Part shown: piece after piece, positions 63,517-64,000 of the stretch
How the letters are laid out: the number at the start of each line of letters is the position of its first letter
How positions within the stretch are numbered: the stretch's first letter is position 1
Source: the human T2T-CHM13v2.0 reference genome, Homo sapiens
Direction of reading: 5' to 3'
NCBI GenBank assembly: GCA_009914755.4
Contig: CP086569.2
Coordinates: forward strand, 2,240,001-2,304,000
Length of the DNA: 64,000 nucleotides
The notes under the pieces: model-generated
Told to the model about the DNA's origin: nothing
Databases searched by the model: none
What the model saw: the letters and a program-made list of their open reading frames with translations, nothing else
Position numbers and translations under genes: made by a program

Positions 63517-64000
63517 TGAGTAACTCTTTAAAGTCTCCTCTGTTGCCGAATTGCTTATAGTTTGTTTGTGTTTTTGGAGTGCTGTAGGAAGAGCAGTGAT
63601 GAAGGTTTGAGGCTTCTAGATGCTTCCATATTAGTTGCCTGGGGCTCAGGCAGGGGCACACATGTGGACCCCTGGGGGGACATGACAGTTGAGCTAACAG
63701 CTGAGGAATGAGGATGACTTATATCCCAAGGAGTGGGTCAAAGGGTGTTTTGTGTAGCAAGTGTGGCATGTGCAAAGGGCCTGTGGTCAATGGAACTGAG
63801 GGTGCCTGTGGGGCTCAGTGAGGGGGAAAAGAGGAAGTCAGGCATGGCATGGGATGGAGGGGAACAGAGTGAGGCTACAGTCAGTGCCCAGTCTTGAAAA
63901 TGTCCCTTCGAGTGTCCCTAGGGGCCATCCTTGTTTTCAGTGCTTATTACCCCTGCTCCCCTCTGCTTGCTCCCAGAGAGCTGTCTCCTGCCTCCCAGCT

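Overview
The window is primate (human-type) genomic DNA, not prokaryotic. It is very Alu-dense (about 55 Alu copies, most with recognisable target-site duplications). It also holds L1 3' fragments, MaLR and ERV solo LTRs, several mini- and microsatellites, and two strong CpG islands. The second half is best explained as the pseudoautosomal (PAR1, Xp22.33/Yp11.3) CD99P1/MIC2R locus, for three reasons. First, a CpG island (45.6-46.6 kb) contains a CD99-like signal-peptide exon whose ATG is lost. Second, that same island holds a G-rich hairpin containing the exact string I recall as mature miR-6089. Third, the island is followed by a head-to-tail array of 3.7-4.1 kb units (about 47 kb to the window end, continuing beyond). 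Each unit carries a CD99/XG-like 'DFDLADA..GGN' exon and a CD99-like proline-rich 'DPAPPNPPKPKPNPNP' exon with conserved splice sites. Some copies are still open and others carry stops or frameshifts. The first unit holds a 560-bp polypyrimidine (CT-rich) expansion that is only about 40 bp in the other units. The first half contains an orphan 1.3-kb CpG island (20.4-21.7 kb). Inside it sits a lower-GC 129-nt minus-strand ORF encoding a 42-aa single-pass transmembrane micropeptide (MQSLISPVTKAILVALFIFAILLILYVILWYICRDVDCDHGI), which I flag as the most interesting unexplained signal. No tRNA, rRNA, CRISPR or bacterial-type operon structure is present. Coordinates of repeats are approximate (about +/-10 bp).
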